A stretch of 64,000 bases of DNA from an uncultured Candidatus Peribacteria bacterium (GCA_964509985.1 CAZDZQ010000007.1:2139-66138), one strand, 5' to 3'; numbered from the stretch's first letter, positions 9,224 to 20,405 are shown. A program made the numbers and translations. The notes: generated by a model not told the origin, from the sequence alone.

Positions 9224-10302
9224 AACCTTTTTTCAAAATAATTATAAGAAATATATGATAATATAATGGTTATGCAAGCAATAATTAAAAACTCTGTAAA
9301 AATTGGATAAATAAGAGAAAAATTATTATGTATTATAGAAATAACAGGAAAATGGAATATGTACATACCATATGAAATTTTTCCCAGCCAAGAAAATATA
9401 TGAGTTACCACATTATTTTTTATAAAACTTTCATCTTTACTTTGCACAAACAAATATAAAAAACCTGCAAATCCAAGAGCTGTAACCGTGTGTAAAAAAA
9501 CTTGCAACAACAAAATATCTCTGAAATTTGACTGATATTCAAAAAATAAATAACCAGCAATAATTAATAAAACACTAGAAATACTAAAAATTATAATTTT
9601 AGTATTTTTAATATAATTAATATTATTAATATTATTATAAAAATATGCCAAAATAATTCCTATAAAAAACTGATCTAACCTTCCCCACAACTGCTCTGAG
9701 TATATAATTTTCAAATGAGAATTTATTTCTGGATTTTCTTGAAAATAATAAAATAAAAAAGCTCTATATAAAAAACTTAAAAATACTAAAACAGAAAAAA
9801 TACTAAAAAATTTTTTCATATTTTTTTTTGCAAATATAATCCATATCACTGGCAATAAAATATAAAATGCCATTTCTATAGAAATGCTCCAAGTTACTGG
9901 ATTTATAGTAGAATAAAACTGTGGAAAAAATCCATTTACAAAAAATATATGAGAAAATAAATCTGTAATATTAAAAAGTGTTATTTCTAAAAAATCAGTT
10001 TTAATCCACCAAAAAACAAAAGTGGTTAAAATTGCAAGAGGTGCAATTCTTTTTATTCTTTTTATAAAAAAATGAGAAAAACTTTTTGAATTCCACAAAG
10101 AAAGAGTGATTAAAAATCCAGATAAAACAAAAAATAAATCTACCCCAATATGCCCAATACTTAAAATTTTAAAATAATGAGAAATATTTAGTAAATCCAA
10201 TGAATAAAATGTATAAAAATGAAACAGCAATACAAGTATTGCTGCTATTCCTCTAAACATATCTAAATTTTTAATGGTTTTTATTTTTTGCATTTTCTGC
10301 AT
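9220..10302 (-). CDS. Acyltransferase family 3 (membrane O-acyltransferase)
   Basis: 360 aa, polytopic. FRGIAAILVLLFHF ... GHIGVDLFFVLSGFLIT is the signature of acyltransferase_3 proteins. Confidence 0.75.
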   Translation of the reverse strand: MQKMQKIKTIKNLDMFRGIAAILVLLFHFYTFYSLDLLNISHYFKILSIGHIGVDLFFVLSGFLITLSLWNSKSFSHFFIKRIKRIAPLAILTTFVFWWIKTDFLEITLFNITDLFSHIFFVNGFFPQFYSTINPVTWSISIEMAFYILLPVIWIIFAKKNMKKFFSIFSVLVFLSFLYRAFLFYYFQENPEINSHLKIIYSEQLWGRLDQFFIGIILAYFYNNINNINYIKNTKIIIFSISSVLLIIAGYLFFEYQSNFRDILLLQVFLHTVTALGFAGFLYLFVQSKDESFIKNNVVTHIFSWLGKISYGMYIFHFPVISIIHNNFSLIYPIFTEFLIIACITIILSYISYNYFEKRF

Positions 10303-10390
10303 ATATCACATGTTATAATTTAATTTATTGTAATTTATTACAACTCTATCATAACATTAATACTAATAATATAATTCTAAATTTAAACAA

Positions 10391-10618
10391 TTAAATGATA
10401 TTTAGCTCATTTTTAATATGATTTTTTAATTCTTTTGTAAAATCATGCCCTTTAGATGGCATAAGATTCCAAGATATAGAATTGATTTTTTTCACAGTAT
10501 CAACTCAATCATTATAAACAAGAATATAAATATTATCAGTTGTATGAGTTTCCAGTTGAGCAAATGATTTGCTCCCTGATTTAAAGGATTCTGCATCTGG
10601 AGCATCTAAATATCCCAT
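10391..10618 (-). pseudogene. 75-codon reading frame interrupted by one in-frame TGA (decayed or recoded small gene)
   Basis: Minus-strand frame MGYLDAPDAESFKSGSKSFAQLETHTTDNIYILVYND-TGA-VDTVKKINSISWNLMPSKGHDFTKELKNHIKNELNII-TAA. The TGA is at 10505-10507. It is the only coding-like signal in the 510-bp ORF-free gap 10303-10811. I recognise no family. Confidence 0.3.
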
Positions 10619-10811
10619 ACTTATCCATTTAATAGTAGAATTTTGATGATTAATTTATCCAACTTTAAATATTAGAAAACGCCTGACTTTGCCCTTGTTC
10701 TATTTCTTCATAAGATAAACGATTATTTATTGTTTATCTTTTTCATGTTTGTATTATTTATACATATAGCAATTATAGCATAAGAATCAATATAAATCAA
10801 GAGTTAGGAAT

Positions 10812-12290
10812 CTATTTCCCTAAATCTAAATAATGGTCAATTCTAATTTGACCTACAAAATCGTCTACATGTGAAATTAAAATCATTGCACCTTTAAATG
10901 AATCTAACGCTTTTGCAATCACAGGAATATGTCTAAAATTTATATGATTTGTTGGCTCATCCAAAATTAAAAGACCTGGTTTCATCAATACCAACCTACA
11001 AAACGCCACAAGACCTTTTTGCCCCTCTGAAAGTGAACCTACCTTAGAATTAATAATTTCTCCATTTATCAAAAAACCAGATGCTGTTTTTCTCATAAAT
11101 TCTTCAATATTTTTTCCTTCAAATGTTGCTTCATCAATTGCATCAATCAATGTATCTCTAACCGTTGCATTAAAATCTAAGTTTGAAAAATCTTGAGTAT
11201 AATATCCAATTTTTACATCTGGATTTAAAAAGATTCCATCTTGCGTTCCTTTTGAAAGAGTTCTTAAAAGTGTTGTTTTTCCAATTCCATTTGGACCAGA
11301 TAACAATAAATGTTCATTTTTTCTAATTTCTACAGCAACTTCTTTATCAAACAATTCATGATTTTTCATGATTTGTAATTTTGTAATTTCCATAAATAAT
11401 CCAGAAGTTCCCTCTTGTAAAGGAATTTCAAAATCATTTATTGTTTTATCTTCTTTTCTAACTTCTACCATATTATCTTCTGCATCACTCGCTACTTCTC
11501 TCATGCGTTTTGCAACAGCTCGAAGCTTTCCTCCTTTATGAGCAAAAACATTTGCTTTTTCTTTTTTTGCTTGAATTTCTTTTAATAATCGAGCATTTTT
11601 CATTTCTTCTCGTTTTCGCTGTGCTTCAATTTCATCCACTACAGAATAATAATCCCCCATATATTTTTGCACTGTTTTAGAATGAACATCTAAATATAAA
11701 ACTCCATCTGTAAATAAATTTAAAAAATCAGCATCATGTGAAATAACAAGAACTGTTTTTTCATACATCATCAAAAAACCTATCAAATGCCCAATCCCCT
11801 CTGCATCCAAATTATTTGTTGGCTCGTCTAAAAGCAAAATATCCGGATCTTGAATTAATGCTGAAGCCAAAAGTAATCGAGCTTTTTGCCCTCCAGAAAA
11901 ATCTTTAATGAGTTTTTCAAATGGCGTTGAAAAATTCACAGCATCTAATGCTTTTTCAATTCTTCTGTCTATATCATAAATTTTTTCTTCTCCAGAAAAT
12001 TGATCTTCAAAAAACTCCCGAACATTTTTTTCATTATATTTACTATCCATTGTTTGCCGTTGAATAGCGATACTTGCCCCTTGATCAATATTTACCTTTC
12101 CATCTTGTCGAATTAATTCTCCTGTTATAAGCTTAAAAATAGTACTTTTCCCTGCACCATTTTGCCCCATAAGTGTAAATTTTTGCCCTTGAGCAATTGC
12201 GAAAGATGCTTCTTTTAAAATAATTTTTTCACTTTCTTTATATTCAAAATCTACCTTGTCGAAACTTATTACATTTTTTGCTTTTGCCAT
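10812..12290 (-). CDS. ABC-F family ATPase (two tandem ABC domains, no membrane domain)
   Basis: 492 aa. Two Walker A sites (GQNGAGKST, GPNGIGKTT), two signature motifs (FSGGQKARL, LSEGQKGLV), two Walker B sites (LLLDEPTN, LILDEPTN) and a K/E-rich inter-domain linker. Confidence 0.85.
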   Translation of the reverse strand: MAKAKNVISFDKVDFEYKESEKIILKEASFAIAQGQKFTLMGQNGAGKSTIFKLITGELIRQDGKVNIDQGASIAIQRQTMDSKYNEKNVREFFEDQFSGEEKIYDIDRRIEKALDAVNFSTPFEKLIKDFSGGQKARLLLASALIQDPDILLLDEPTNNLDAEGIGHLIGFLMMYEKTVLVISHDADFLNLFTDGVLYLDVHSKTVQKYMGDYYSVVDEIEAQRKREEMKNARLLKEIQAKKEKANVFAHKGGKLRAVAKRMREVASDAEDNMVEVRKEDKTINDFEIPLQEGTSGLFMEITKLQIMKNHELFDKEVAVEIRKNEHLLLSGPNGIGKTTLLRTLSKGTQDGIFLNPDVKIGYYTQDFSNLDFNATVRDTLIDAIDEATFEGKNIEEFMRKTASGFLINGEIINSKVGSLSEGQKGLVAFCRLVLMKPGLLILDEPTNHINFRHIPVIAKALDSFKGAMILISHVDDFVGQIRIDHYLDLGK

Positions 12291-12474
12291 GTTTTTTCTA
12301 AAAAAATAATTCTATACCACTATATAATGTAGTTAAATATTACACAAAATATATAAATATATAAATATTTTTTTTATAAATATTATTACTTATATTTTTT
12401 TATTTGATATATCTAAATTATTTAGTAGTATATATGCAATATAATACATATTATTATTTTATTTTTATACATAT

Positions 12475-14328
12475 ATGAGTATTACTTCATTTAAAACAGT
12501 TGCTGCTATAGGTGCACTTTCTTCAACTGTTATTTTATCAGGATGTTCAATTCCTTTTATAGGAGGAGAAGAACCAGCAGTTTCAACAAAAACTGCACAA
12601 TCAGAAATTTCTACAAATCCAGAAAAAGTATTTTTTGATTTTGCAAAAGCAAGTGGAAAAACTGGATTAGAAAAAATTGGACTTACTGATTTTGACAAAG
12701 AATTATTAACAAAATCAAAAGCTGATATTGATATCACAGGAGATTTTAACATGGAAGGAACTCCAATTGGTGGAGGAACTGGAACATTTGAAATAGGAAT
12801 AAATACAAAGGCAGATTATAGCGATCAAACAAATCCATTACTTTCTGAAATTGTTTCCACAAAAATTGATGCACTTGGTGGACTTTTTAAACTTGATACT
12901 TCTACTGAAATTCGAATTGTAAACAAATCTGTATTTGCAAATATTTCACAATTTAATGCTAACTTCCCAGGATTAACAGATGAAAATAAAAAAATCATAC
13001 AAAAATTTGTAGGACAATGGTATGGAAATACTTTTGAAGAAATTAATACTCTTGTTTCTGAAAATCTTGAAGTAAAAGGATTTGATATTCAAAAAATACT
13101 AACAGGAGGAATTACACCAATATCTAATACTATTGATTTAATTAAAGATATTGGAAATAATCCACAAAATCATATTACTTTTGAAAAATTTATTGAAGAA
13201 AAAGATGGATATTACTTTTTTGAAGTAACTCCTAAAAAAGAAACATATGAAAAATTTGCAAATATCATAACTACATTTATTGCCAATTCTGGAGCAGGTG
13301 CAGAAGCAGACGAAGAAACTAAAAAAACTATTTCAGAAGCTTTAGATAAAATTTCTACAGAATCTGTTACTCTTGCATACACTCCAGAACATCCAGAATA
13401 TTTTCAAATTTCAAAAACTATAGATAAAGATGGAACAAAAGTAGTAGCTAAAAATACTTCAGAAGGGTTAATGATTTCTATTTTAAAAAAAGAAGGAGAT
13501 TATACTGGAGAGGTTGTATTTACAAAAACTTCAGAAGGAAAAGTTTCATTAATTGTTGATATTCCAACTGAGTACAATGGAGAAAGAACAGAATTACTTT
13601 CTGGAACATGTACTGACACTCAACATACATTTTCAATTATTGCATCAATGTATGATTATGAATTAGGAGAGGACAAACTAAAAGAAATTATAAATGTAAA
13701 TCTTACAAAAACTGGAGATATATGGGCAGGAGAAATTACAAGCCCAGAATTGAAAGATGGAAAACTTGTTATTACAGATGCAAAAGGAGATATGTATAAT
13801 TCACATGCAAAAATTTCTGCCATATATTCAGATAAAACAATTACAAATGTTACATTTGATATAAAATCATCTAAACCTACAACTGTAAAACTTGATACTC
13901 CAGAAAATACTAAACCTTTTGAAACAATCCCAACAGATATTGAAAAAGAAATGAATGCATTATATGGAATAAAAGAAGTAGAAGTAAAAACAGAAGAAGA
14001 AAATTCTGTTGTTATTAACAATAAAAATATTGAAGTGAATACAGAAAATGCAGAAGTAGTAATTGATGATGGTGCAATTGAAGTAAAAACAGATGCAGTT
14101 AAAGCTGTTATCGATACAGATGCTCAAGGAGGAGCCGATTATTCAGAGATTCAAGCGGACCTAGCAAGAATGGCAGAACTTACTTCAGAAGATCCAAATA
14201 ACGAAGATGCAAAAAATGAATTTTTAACTGTAAAAGCAAAAGTGGATGCATACGCAGCGGAAAACGATATTCCAAAAGAAAAATTAAGAGAAATGCTAAT
14301 GCAAGAAATTGTAAAACAAGCAAAATAA
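12475..14328 (+). CDS. Lipoprotein, unknown function
   Basis: 617 aa. Signal peptide with lipobox AAIGALSSTVILSGCS. No recognisable catalytic motif. Short IEV..T.NAEVVIDDGAIEVKTDAVKAVID repeats near the C-terminus. Confidence 0.6.
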   Translation: MSITSFKTVAAIGALSSTVILSGCSIPFIGGEEPAVSTKTAQSEISTNPEKVFFDFAKASGKTGLEKIGLTDFDKELLTKSKADIDITGDFNMEGTPIGGGTGTFEIGINTKADYSDQTNPLLSEIVSTKIDALGGLFKLDTSTEIRIVNKSVFANISQFNANFPGLTDENKKIIQKFVGQWYGNTFEEINTLVSENLEVKGFDIQKILTGGITPISNTIDLIKDIGNNPQNHITFEKFIEEKDGYYFFEVTPKKETYEKFANIITTFIANSGAGAEADEETKKTISEALDKISTESVTLAYTPEHPEYFQISKTIDKDGTKVVAKNTSEGLMISILKKEGDYTGEVVFTKTSEGKVSLIVDIPTEYNGERTELLSGTCTDTQHTFSIIASMYDYELGEDKLKEIINVNLTKTGDIWAGEITSPELKDGKLVITDAKGDMYNSHAKISAIYSDKTITNVTFDIKSSKPTTVKLDTPENTKPFETIPTDIEKEMNALYGIKEVEVKTEEENSVVINNKNIEVNTENAEVVIDDGAIEVKTDAVKAVIDTDAQGGADYSEIQADLARMAELTSEDPNNEDAKNEFLTVKAKVDAYAAENDIPKEKLREMLMQEIVKQAK

Positions 14329-14349
14329 TTTTTATTCAGAAATTATTTA

Positions 14350-14385
14350 AAAAGCCAAGAAAATTATATTTTCTTGGCTTTTTTC
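14350..14385 (+). terminator. Rho-independent terminator after the lipoprotein gene
   Basis: Hairpin aagccaagaaaa-ttat-(a)ttttcttggctt followed by a T-run, about 20 nt after the stop at 14328. Confidence 0.8.
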
Positions 14386-14515
14386 ATTCTATCTCCATAT
14401 TTACACTTGTAATTATATACAAATTTCTTTACAGTTTTTATACATTCCTTTTTGCTTTTGGGGTTCTGCGTCAATATACGAACGATGTAAGACCTAATAG
14501 CATTCAGAAATTTAC

Positions 14516-14551
14516 AGACTTTGCGGTTCTATTGCAGGAACCGAGAAGTCT
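14516..14551. terminator. Extended GC-containing hairpin abutting the NUDIX gene stop (possible bidirectional terminator)
   Basis: agactt-tg-cggttc-tattgcag-gaaccg-ag-aagtct. Followed by attttta on the + strand. Begins 4 nt after the minus-strand stop at 14556-14558. Confidence 0.4.
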
Positions 14552-14555
14552 ATTT

Positions 14556-15035
14556 TTATATATAACTAAAATACTGAGTTGAATTTTTATTATTCATTTC
14601 TATAATTTTTTCATAACTATATTGTTTTAAAAAATTAGGCTTAATATTTAGATTTTTATCTAATATTTGCCAAGAAATTTTATTCAGTTCTTTTTCTGTA
14701 AATTCTCCAGAAAATTGCATTTCTGATATTTTTTGTGTATTTGCATCATTTTCAGAAATTTTTACCAGAAAAAATAGTTCTGTAGTTACATCATTTTTTT
14801 CTGTGTCTTTTTTAGTTTTTCCCCATTTAAATTCATGAATAAACAATAAATTTTTAACTTTTATTTTTATTCCAAGCTCTTCAAACATTTCTCTAATAAC
14901 ACACGATTTTAAATCCTCTTTTAAACTTTCTTCAATTTTTCCCCCAGGCAAAGCCCAAAAATTACTCTTTCGATGCTGAACAACCAACAACTCATTTTTT
15001 TCATTGAAAAGCAAAGCACGCACTGTTATTTTCAT
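14556..15035 (-). CDS. NUDIX hydrolase
   Basis: 159 aa. Nudix box GGKIEESLKEDLKSCVIREMFEELGI (G x5 E x7 REUxEExGU). Confidence 0.85.
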   Translation of the reverse strand: MKITVRALLFNEKNELLVVQHRKSNFWALPGGKIEESLKEDLKSCVIREMFEELGIKIKVKNLLFIHEFKWGKTKKDTEKNDVTTELFFLVKISENDANTQKISEMQFSGEFTEKELNKISWQILDKNLNIKPNFLKQYSYEKIIEMNNKNSTQYFSYI

Positions 15036-15068
15036 ATCTTATTTTTATAATAATTATTTTTTATTTTT

Positions 15069-16472
15069 TTACCCAATACTTCCCTCCATTTCCAATTCTA
15101 TCAAATGATTTAATTCGACAGAATACTCCATAGGAAGTGTTTTTACTACTTCATCTAAAAATCCATTTACAATCATTCCCTTTGCTTTGTCTTCTGAAAT
15201 CCCTCGTGTTTCTAAAAAAAATAAAATTTCTTCTGATATTTTTCCAGCACTTGCTTCATGAGTAACACTTGCACTGTCATTTCCAACAGATATTTCTGGA
15301 ATAGTATCACTTACAGCTTTTCCAAAAAGCAAGGCATCACAATCAACATTCACAATAGCATTTTTTGCATTTGCTTTCACATCTACAATTCCACGATATG
15401 TCGAAATTCCATCATCTTTTGATATACTTTTTGCTATTATATTTGCCCTACAATTATCTGCCAAAATAGTAACTTTTGCCCCTGTATCCTGATTTTGATT
15501 TTTTGATGCTACCGCAATTCCCAAATAATCAGATTGTGCATTTTTACCAACCAAAACAGATGCAGGATATAGCATAGTAACAGCTGATCCTAAATTTCCA
15601 CCAACCCATTGCATTTTAGCATTTTCACCTACAATTGCTCGTTTTGTATTTAAATTATAAGTATTTGTAGACCAATTTTCTACCGATGAATATCTAAAAT
15701 TAGTATTTTTCCCTAAATAAATTTCTACACATCCTGCATGCAATGAATCTTCTCCATATTTTGGAGCACTACATCCCTCAATATAATCTGCAACAGAATC
15801 ATCTTCTAAGACAATTAAAGTATGTTCAAATTGTCCCATACTTTCAGAATTCATTCTGAAATATGCCTGCAATGGTTCATCTAAAACGACTCCCTTTGGA
15901 ACATACAAAAAAGTTCCTCCAGAAAAAACAGCTCCGTGTAGTGCAGCATATTTATGATCTGTATTTGGTACACATTTCATAAAATATTTTTTTACCAATT
16001 CTTCATGCTCTTGCACTGCAACATCTAAATCTAAAAAAATTATTCCTTTTTTCAGCCATTTTTCTTTTAAAGAATGATATACCACTTCGCTTTCATATTG
16101 TGTTCCAACTCCTGCCAAAAACGCTCTTTCAGATTCTGGAATTTTTAATTTTTCAAAAGTTGATTTAATTTCTGGGTCGACTTCATCCCAAGTTTTTGCA
16201 TTTTTTTTTGTATCTGCAGTTGCATAATACCGAATTCCATCTAAATTTAATTTTGAAATATCTGGTCCCCAGCTTGGATTTGGAGTTTCTAAAAATATTT
16301 TTAGAGACTCTAATCTATGGTCTAACAACCATTTTGGTTCTTTTTTATCAGATGAAATTTTTCGAATTAATTTTTCATCCAACCCTTTCACGAAATTTTT
16401 CACATAATCCTGTGAATTATGAGATTCTAAGTCTAAATTTGTAAGTGATGTAAAATCAACTATATTTGTCAT
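15069..16472 (-). CDS. sufB: Fe-S cluster assembly protein SufB
   Basis: 467 aa. FEHTLIV, YIEGCSAP, HAGCVEIY, NWSTNTYNLNTKRA, HEASAGKISEE and EMEGSIG are typical SufB blocks. No sufC/D/S/U gene is adjacent. Confidence 0.9.
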   Translation of the reverse strand: MTNIVDFTSLTNLDLESHNSQDYVKNFVKGLDEKLIRKISSDKKEPKWLLDHRLESLKIFLETPNPSWGPDISKLNLDGIRYYATADTKKNAKTWDEVDPEIKSTFEKLKIPESERAFLAGVGTQYESEVVYHSLKEKWLKKGIIFLDLDVAVQEHEELVKKYFMKCVPNTDHKYAALHGAVFSGGTFLYVPKGVVLDEPLQAYFRMNSESMGQFEHTLIVLEDDSVADYIEGCSAPKYGEDSLHAGCVEIYLGKNTNFRYSSVENWSTNTYNLNTKRAIVGENAKMQWVGGNLGSAVTMLYPASVLVGKNAQSDYLGIAVASKNQNQDTGAKVTILADNCRANIIAKSISKDDGISTYRGIVDVKANAKNAIVNVDCDALLFGKAVSDTIPEISVGNDSASVTHEASAGKISEEILFFLETRGISEDKAKGMIVNGFLDEVVKTLPMEYSVELNHLIELEMEGSIG

Positions 16473-16496
16473 TTTTTAAAATTAAAAATTTATTTT

Positions 16497-18614
16497 TTAT
16501 TCACTCCCCAAAAGTGTCAAATACACAATTCCTAATTTATCCATTTTAAGAGATAAACCATATGAAATTTTCTTTTGAAAAAAGTCTGATAAAATTTGTG
16601 GATTTTTTTCAAAATATTCTATCATTTTAACAGGACTTTGATGTGATAATACAAATATACCAGTGCTTGATGTAATATCATACGCATCCAATATATTTTT
16701 CCAACTTGAACCATCAGAAAAATCAGTTTGAGCACTCTCTTTTTCTGCCATTATCTTTGACCAATCTTCCGTAGCATTTTGTAATGTAATATTTGCATTT
16801 TTTGTTGAAAATTTATTTGAGATATAATCATATAATAAAATTTGCCCATCATCTATATCAGCTTGTACCAAAACAGTATCTTGAAAAACCTCCACCAACA
16901 ATACCTCCCCAGAATCCAATAATTCTGTAGCAACACCAACAAATTGCAAATTTGGATTTAGCAATGTTTTTCTGTGAGTTGGCGAATATTCCAAGCCAAT
17001 TGTAGCAAATGCAGAACCACGAGAGTGAGTTGCAATATTTTCAGAAAGCGAACTTGTTAAAGAATAATCTGATCTCATATCGTTTACATTTAGGCCTTCA
17101 GGCGTATAATGACTTATATAATTTCGCTCTTTCATATCCCTTGCTCTAATCTTAGCAAGAGAAGTCAATTCTTCTTTTTCAATCAAAAAATTAATATTGT
17201 GATTTTTTCTTAATGTATTTATTTTTTTTATTATATCAGATGAATTTAAATTAACCTGAGAATTATTATTTTTATTAATATCATTTAAAATATCTAAATT
17301 GTTTGGCAATATTGGAAAAAATCCATACGGAGTTACAGGAATAACTGCCTTAGCCAATCCAAATTCATCTACAATTTCTATAATATATAAATCTCTAATT
17401 TTAGGTATAAATTCAAAATACAAAGAAGAATCATCATAAGAAGTTACAGATTTTTCATATAAATTTTCTGTAGAATTTAATACATAGGCTTTATATTTTG
17501 AAAAATCTACGCTATTTCCTGAATTCTTTATATCTATTTGTGCTGATATTTTTTTATTTGGGAATCCATATTGATATGTTGTAGATATTTTATTTATTGC
17601 AAACTCATTATTTATATATGGTGTAAATTTTGTGTATACTGGAAGATTAAAACGCGCCACTTCTTTTCCTGATTTTTCAATAACAAACATCAATAATCCA
17701 ATTTCATTTTTTTTAAAAAAATCAGTATCAAACTCTACATCACCACCAACAACTTGTATAGAATTCATAACACGAGTTCCATTTTTTTTATATTGAATTG
17801 CTTTTACATTAAAAATATCAGAAGAATTTGCATTCCATTTTAATTTCAATAATCCATCTTCAAATAATGCATTTATCCTTAATGGATTATGTTGATAATT
17901 TTCAGAAAATAAATCAGCTGATAAAGTATTATCAGAACTATTTTCTACATTTAAATCTCCAGATTTACTTACAATATATCTGTATACATATGTAGAGACC
18001 TCTCCTCTTGTTAAATTATCTCCAGCATATGAATATAATTCATTCAATTCCCCATTTTTATACTTCTTATTAAAAATATGTAAATCATTTGCTTTTTCAA
18101 AATATGGATAAAACCATTGCTCATTTGAATATGCAGAACGCACATTTACATTATTTATTTCTAAAATCATCTTAATAGCTTCTGCCCTATTTACAGTCCT
18201 TGTTGGATTAAAATTTCCAGTTCCAGCCTCACCATCAAAATTTATTACTCCAATTTTTTTTGCAGTATAGACATAATTACTAAACCATTTTCCAGAAGGA
18301 ATATCAGAAAAAATTTGTGTATTTTTTGAACTTTTTTGAATAGTTTTTTTTGAAGCATCTAGCAATAATTTTACACTTTCAACCCTAGATATCGCATTAT
18401 CTGCGTTAAATGTATTATCTGAATATCCATTTATCATGCCTTGTGAATGCAAATAGGTAATTGCATCAAAATCTTTATGATCAACAGAAACATCTAAAAA
18501 AAATGGAAATCGAGAATTATCATCTCCTGAAAGAATTTGTGCAAATCCCATATTACTCAGAACGAAGCATATTAACACAGCAGCAAGATATATATTTTTT
18601 TCTAAAATTTTCAT
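16497..18614 (-). CDS. Secreted SLH-domain protein with C-terminal CAP/SCP (PR-1, YkwD-like) domain
   Basis: 705 aa. Signal peptide [25 protein letters not shown]. Two SLH-like units ([46 protein letters not shown]; [23 protein letters not shown]...[16 protein letters not shown]). C-terminal INTLRKNHN...[22 protein letters not shown]...ENIA...[20 protein letters not shown] resembles the SCP/CAP fold. Confidence 0.65.
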   Translation of the reverse strand: MKILEKNIYLAAVLICFVLSNMGFAQILSGDDNSRFPFFLDVSVDHKDFDAITYLHSQGMINGYSDNTFNADNAISRVESVKLLLDASKKTIQKSSKNTQIFSDIPSGKWFSNYVYTAKKIGVINFDGEAGTGNFNPTRTVNRAEAIKMILEINNVNVRSAYSNEQWFYPYFEKANDLHIFNKKYKNGELNELYSYAGDNLTRGEVSTYVYRYIVSKSGDLNVENSSDNTLSADLFSENYQHNPLRINALFEDGLLKLKWNANSSDIFNVKAIQYKKNGTRVMNSIQVVGGDVEFDTDFFKKNEIGLLMFVIEKSGKEVARFNLPVYTKFTPYINNEFAINKISTTYQYGFPNKKISAQIDIKNSGNSVDFSKYKAYVLNSTENLYEKSVTSYDDSSLYFEFIPKIRDLYIIEIVDEFGLAKAVIPVTPYGFFPILPNNLDILNDINKNNNSQVNLNSSDIIKKINTLRKNHNINFLIEKEELTSLAKIRARDMKERNYISHYTPEGLNVNDMRSDYSLTSSLSENIATHSRGSAFATIGLEYSPTHRKTLLNPNLQFVGVATELLDSGEVLLVEVFQDTVLVQADIDDGQILLYDYISNKFSTKNANITLQNATEDWSKIMAEKESAQTDFSDGSSWKNILDAYDITSSTGIFVLSHQSPVKMIEYFEKNPQILSDFFQKKISYGLSLKMDKLGIVYLTLLGSE

Positions 18615-18754
18615 ATTATTTATATATTATTATATGTTTTTACAAATTTATAATAACATATAATACTGAAATTCATTGCCTAAAAAACAATTTGACAGAT
18701 GTTGTCACTTTTGGGAAAATGCTTATCGACGTATTAAATTTTAATTTTTATTTT

Positions 18755-19942
18755 ATGGCAGATTACGTACGAGATAAAGACCACGTTAATGTTGGTACAA
18801 TTGGTCATGTAGATCATGCTAAAACAACACTGACGGCGGCAATTACAACTGTTGCATCAGTTTTAATGGGAGGAGAAGCAAAAGCTTTTGACCAAATTGA
18901 TAATGCTCCAGAAGAAAAAGCACGAGGTATAACTATTTCTGCTTCACATGTTGAATACGAAACAGCTACTCGACATTACGCTCATGTAGATTGTCCAGGA
19001 CATGCTGATTATGTTAAAAACATGATTACAGGTGCTGCTCAAATGGATGGTGCGATTCTTGTTTGTGCTGCGTCTGATGGACCAATGCCACAAACTCGAG
19101 AACATATTCTTCTTGCAGGACAAGTAAATGTTCCAGCTATCGTTGTTTTCATGAATAAATGTGACATGGTAGATGATGAAGAACTTCTTGAGCTTATCGA
19201 AATGGAATTACGAGAATTACTTTCAATGTATAACTTTCCAGGAGATGATATCCCTTTTATTCAAGGATCAGCTCTTAAAGCTCTTGAAAATCCTTCTGAT
19301 GCTGAAGGAGATGCTAAATGTATCGTTGAACTACTTGCAGCTCTTGATTCATATATTCCTCTTCCAGAACGACTTATTGATCAAGATTTCTTAGCTCCTA
19401 TTGAAGATGTATTTTCTATCAAAGGACGAGGAACTGTAGTTACAGGACGAATTGAAACTGGTAAAGTAAATGTTGGAGACGAAATTGAAATTGTTGGTAT
19501 TCGAGAAACTCGAAAAGCTACAGTTACAGGAGTTGAAATGTTTAATAAATCACTTCAAGAAGGATTAGCTGGTGATAATGCTGGTATTCTACTTCGAGGT
19601 ATTGAACGAGATGATGTTGAACGAGGACAAGTTCTTGCTAAACCAGGAACAATTACTCCTCATACAGAATTTGAAGCTGAGGTATACGTACTTTCTAAAG
19701 ACGAAGGTGGGCGACATACTCCATTTTTCTCTGGATACAAACCTCAATTTTATATCCGAACAACTGATGTTACAGGAGATATAACTCTTCCAGAAGGAGT
19801 AGAAATGGTTATGCCTGGAGATAATGTTAAAATGACTGTTAAACTTGGAGATGCTATTGCACTACAAGACCAAACTAAATTTGCAATCCGAGAAGGAGGA
19901 CGAACAGTTGGAGCAGGAGTTATTACTAAAATCCTTAAATAA
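18755..19942 (+). CDS. tuf: Elongation factor Tu
   Basis: The ATG at 18755 gives 395 aa starting [34 protein letters not shown] and NKCD GTPase motifs are present. The track ORF start at 18461 is an upstream extension. Confidence 0.97.
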   Translation: MADYVRDKDHVNVGTIGHVDHAKTTLTAAITTVASVLMGGEAKAFDQIDNAPEEKARGITISASHVEYETATRHYAHVDCPGHADYVKNMITGAAQMDGAILVCAASDGPMPQTREHILLAGQVNVPAIVVFMNKCDMVDDEELLELIEMELRELLSMYNFPGDDIPFIQGSALKALENPSDAEGDAKCIVELLAALDSYIPLPERLIDQDFLAPIEDVFSIKGRGTVVTGRIETGKVNVGDEIEIVGIRETRKATVTGVEMFNKSLQEGLAGDNAGILLRGIERDDVERGQVLAKPGTITPHTEFEAEVYVLSKDEGGRHTPFFSGYKPQFYIRTTDVTGDITLPEGVEMVMPGDNVKMTVKLGDAIALQDQTKFAIREGGRTVGAGVITKILK

Positions 19943-20069
19943 TTTTTTAATTTAAAAAACTATTTAAAATCATATTTAAAAATTCTTTATTAATTTTCTT
20001 GTTTTAAATTAAAATAAAACTCTAAGTAAAATTAAATTTTATATACTGATCTTTTACATCTTATTTCCT

Positions 20070-20405
20070 ATGGCAAAAGCCACTGATAAAGGTGCTGCGG
20101 CACCAAAAGTACGAATTATTTTAAAGAGTTTTGATCACTCTTTAATTGATGAATCTGCCAAGATTATTGTTGAAGCTGCAGAACGTGGTGGAGCAATAGT
20201 TGCAGGTCCTGTTCCTCTTCCAGTAAAAATCAAACGTTTTACTGTTAATAAATCTACTTTCGTTAATAAAACAGCGAGAGAACAATTTGAATTGAGAAAT
20301 CATAAACGATTAATCGATTTGTCTGAGGCAACTCCAAAAACTATTGAATCTCTTTCATCGTTACATTTGCCATCAGGAGTAGAAATTTCTATTCAAATGA
20401 AATAA
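20070..20405 (+). CDS. rpsJ: 30S ribosomal protein S10
   Basis: 111 aa. RIILKSFDHSLIDESAKIIVEAAERGGAIVAGPVPLP...FELRNHKRLIDL is the S10 signature. Confidence 0.93.
   Translation: MAKATDKGAAAPKVRIILKSFDHSLIDESAKIIVEAAERGGAIVAGPVPLPVKIKRFTVNKSTFVNKTAREQFELRNHKRLIDLSEATPKTIESLSSLHLPSGVEISIQMK

Noticed and set aside
10690-10740. Hairpin aagataaac-N11-gtttatctt as the terminator for the ABC-F gene
   Set aside because: The T-run follows it on the + strand, not on the minus strand where the ABC-F gene ends, and no + strand gene precedes it. Function is unclear, so it is not annotated.
18461-18754. Track start at 18461 for tuf, giving a 98-aa N-terminal extension
   Set aside because: The extension overlaps the divergent SLH/CAP gene start and its promoter region. 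Canonical EF-Tu begins at [25 protein letters not shown] (ATG at 18755).
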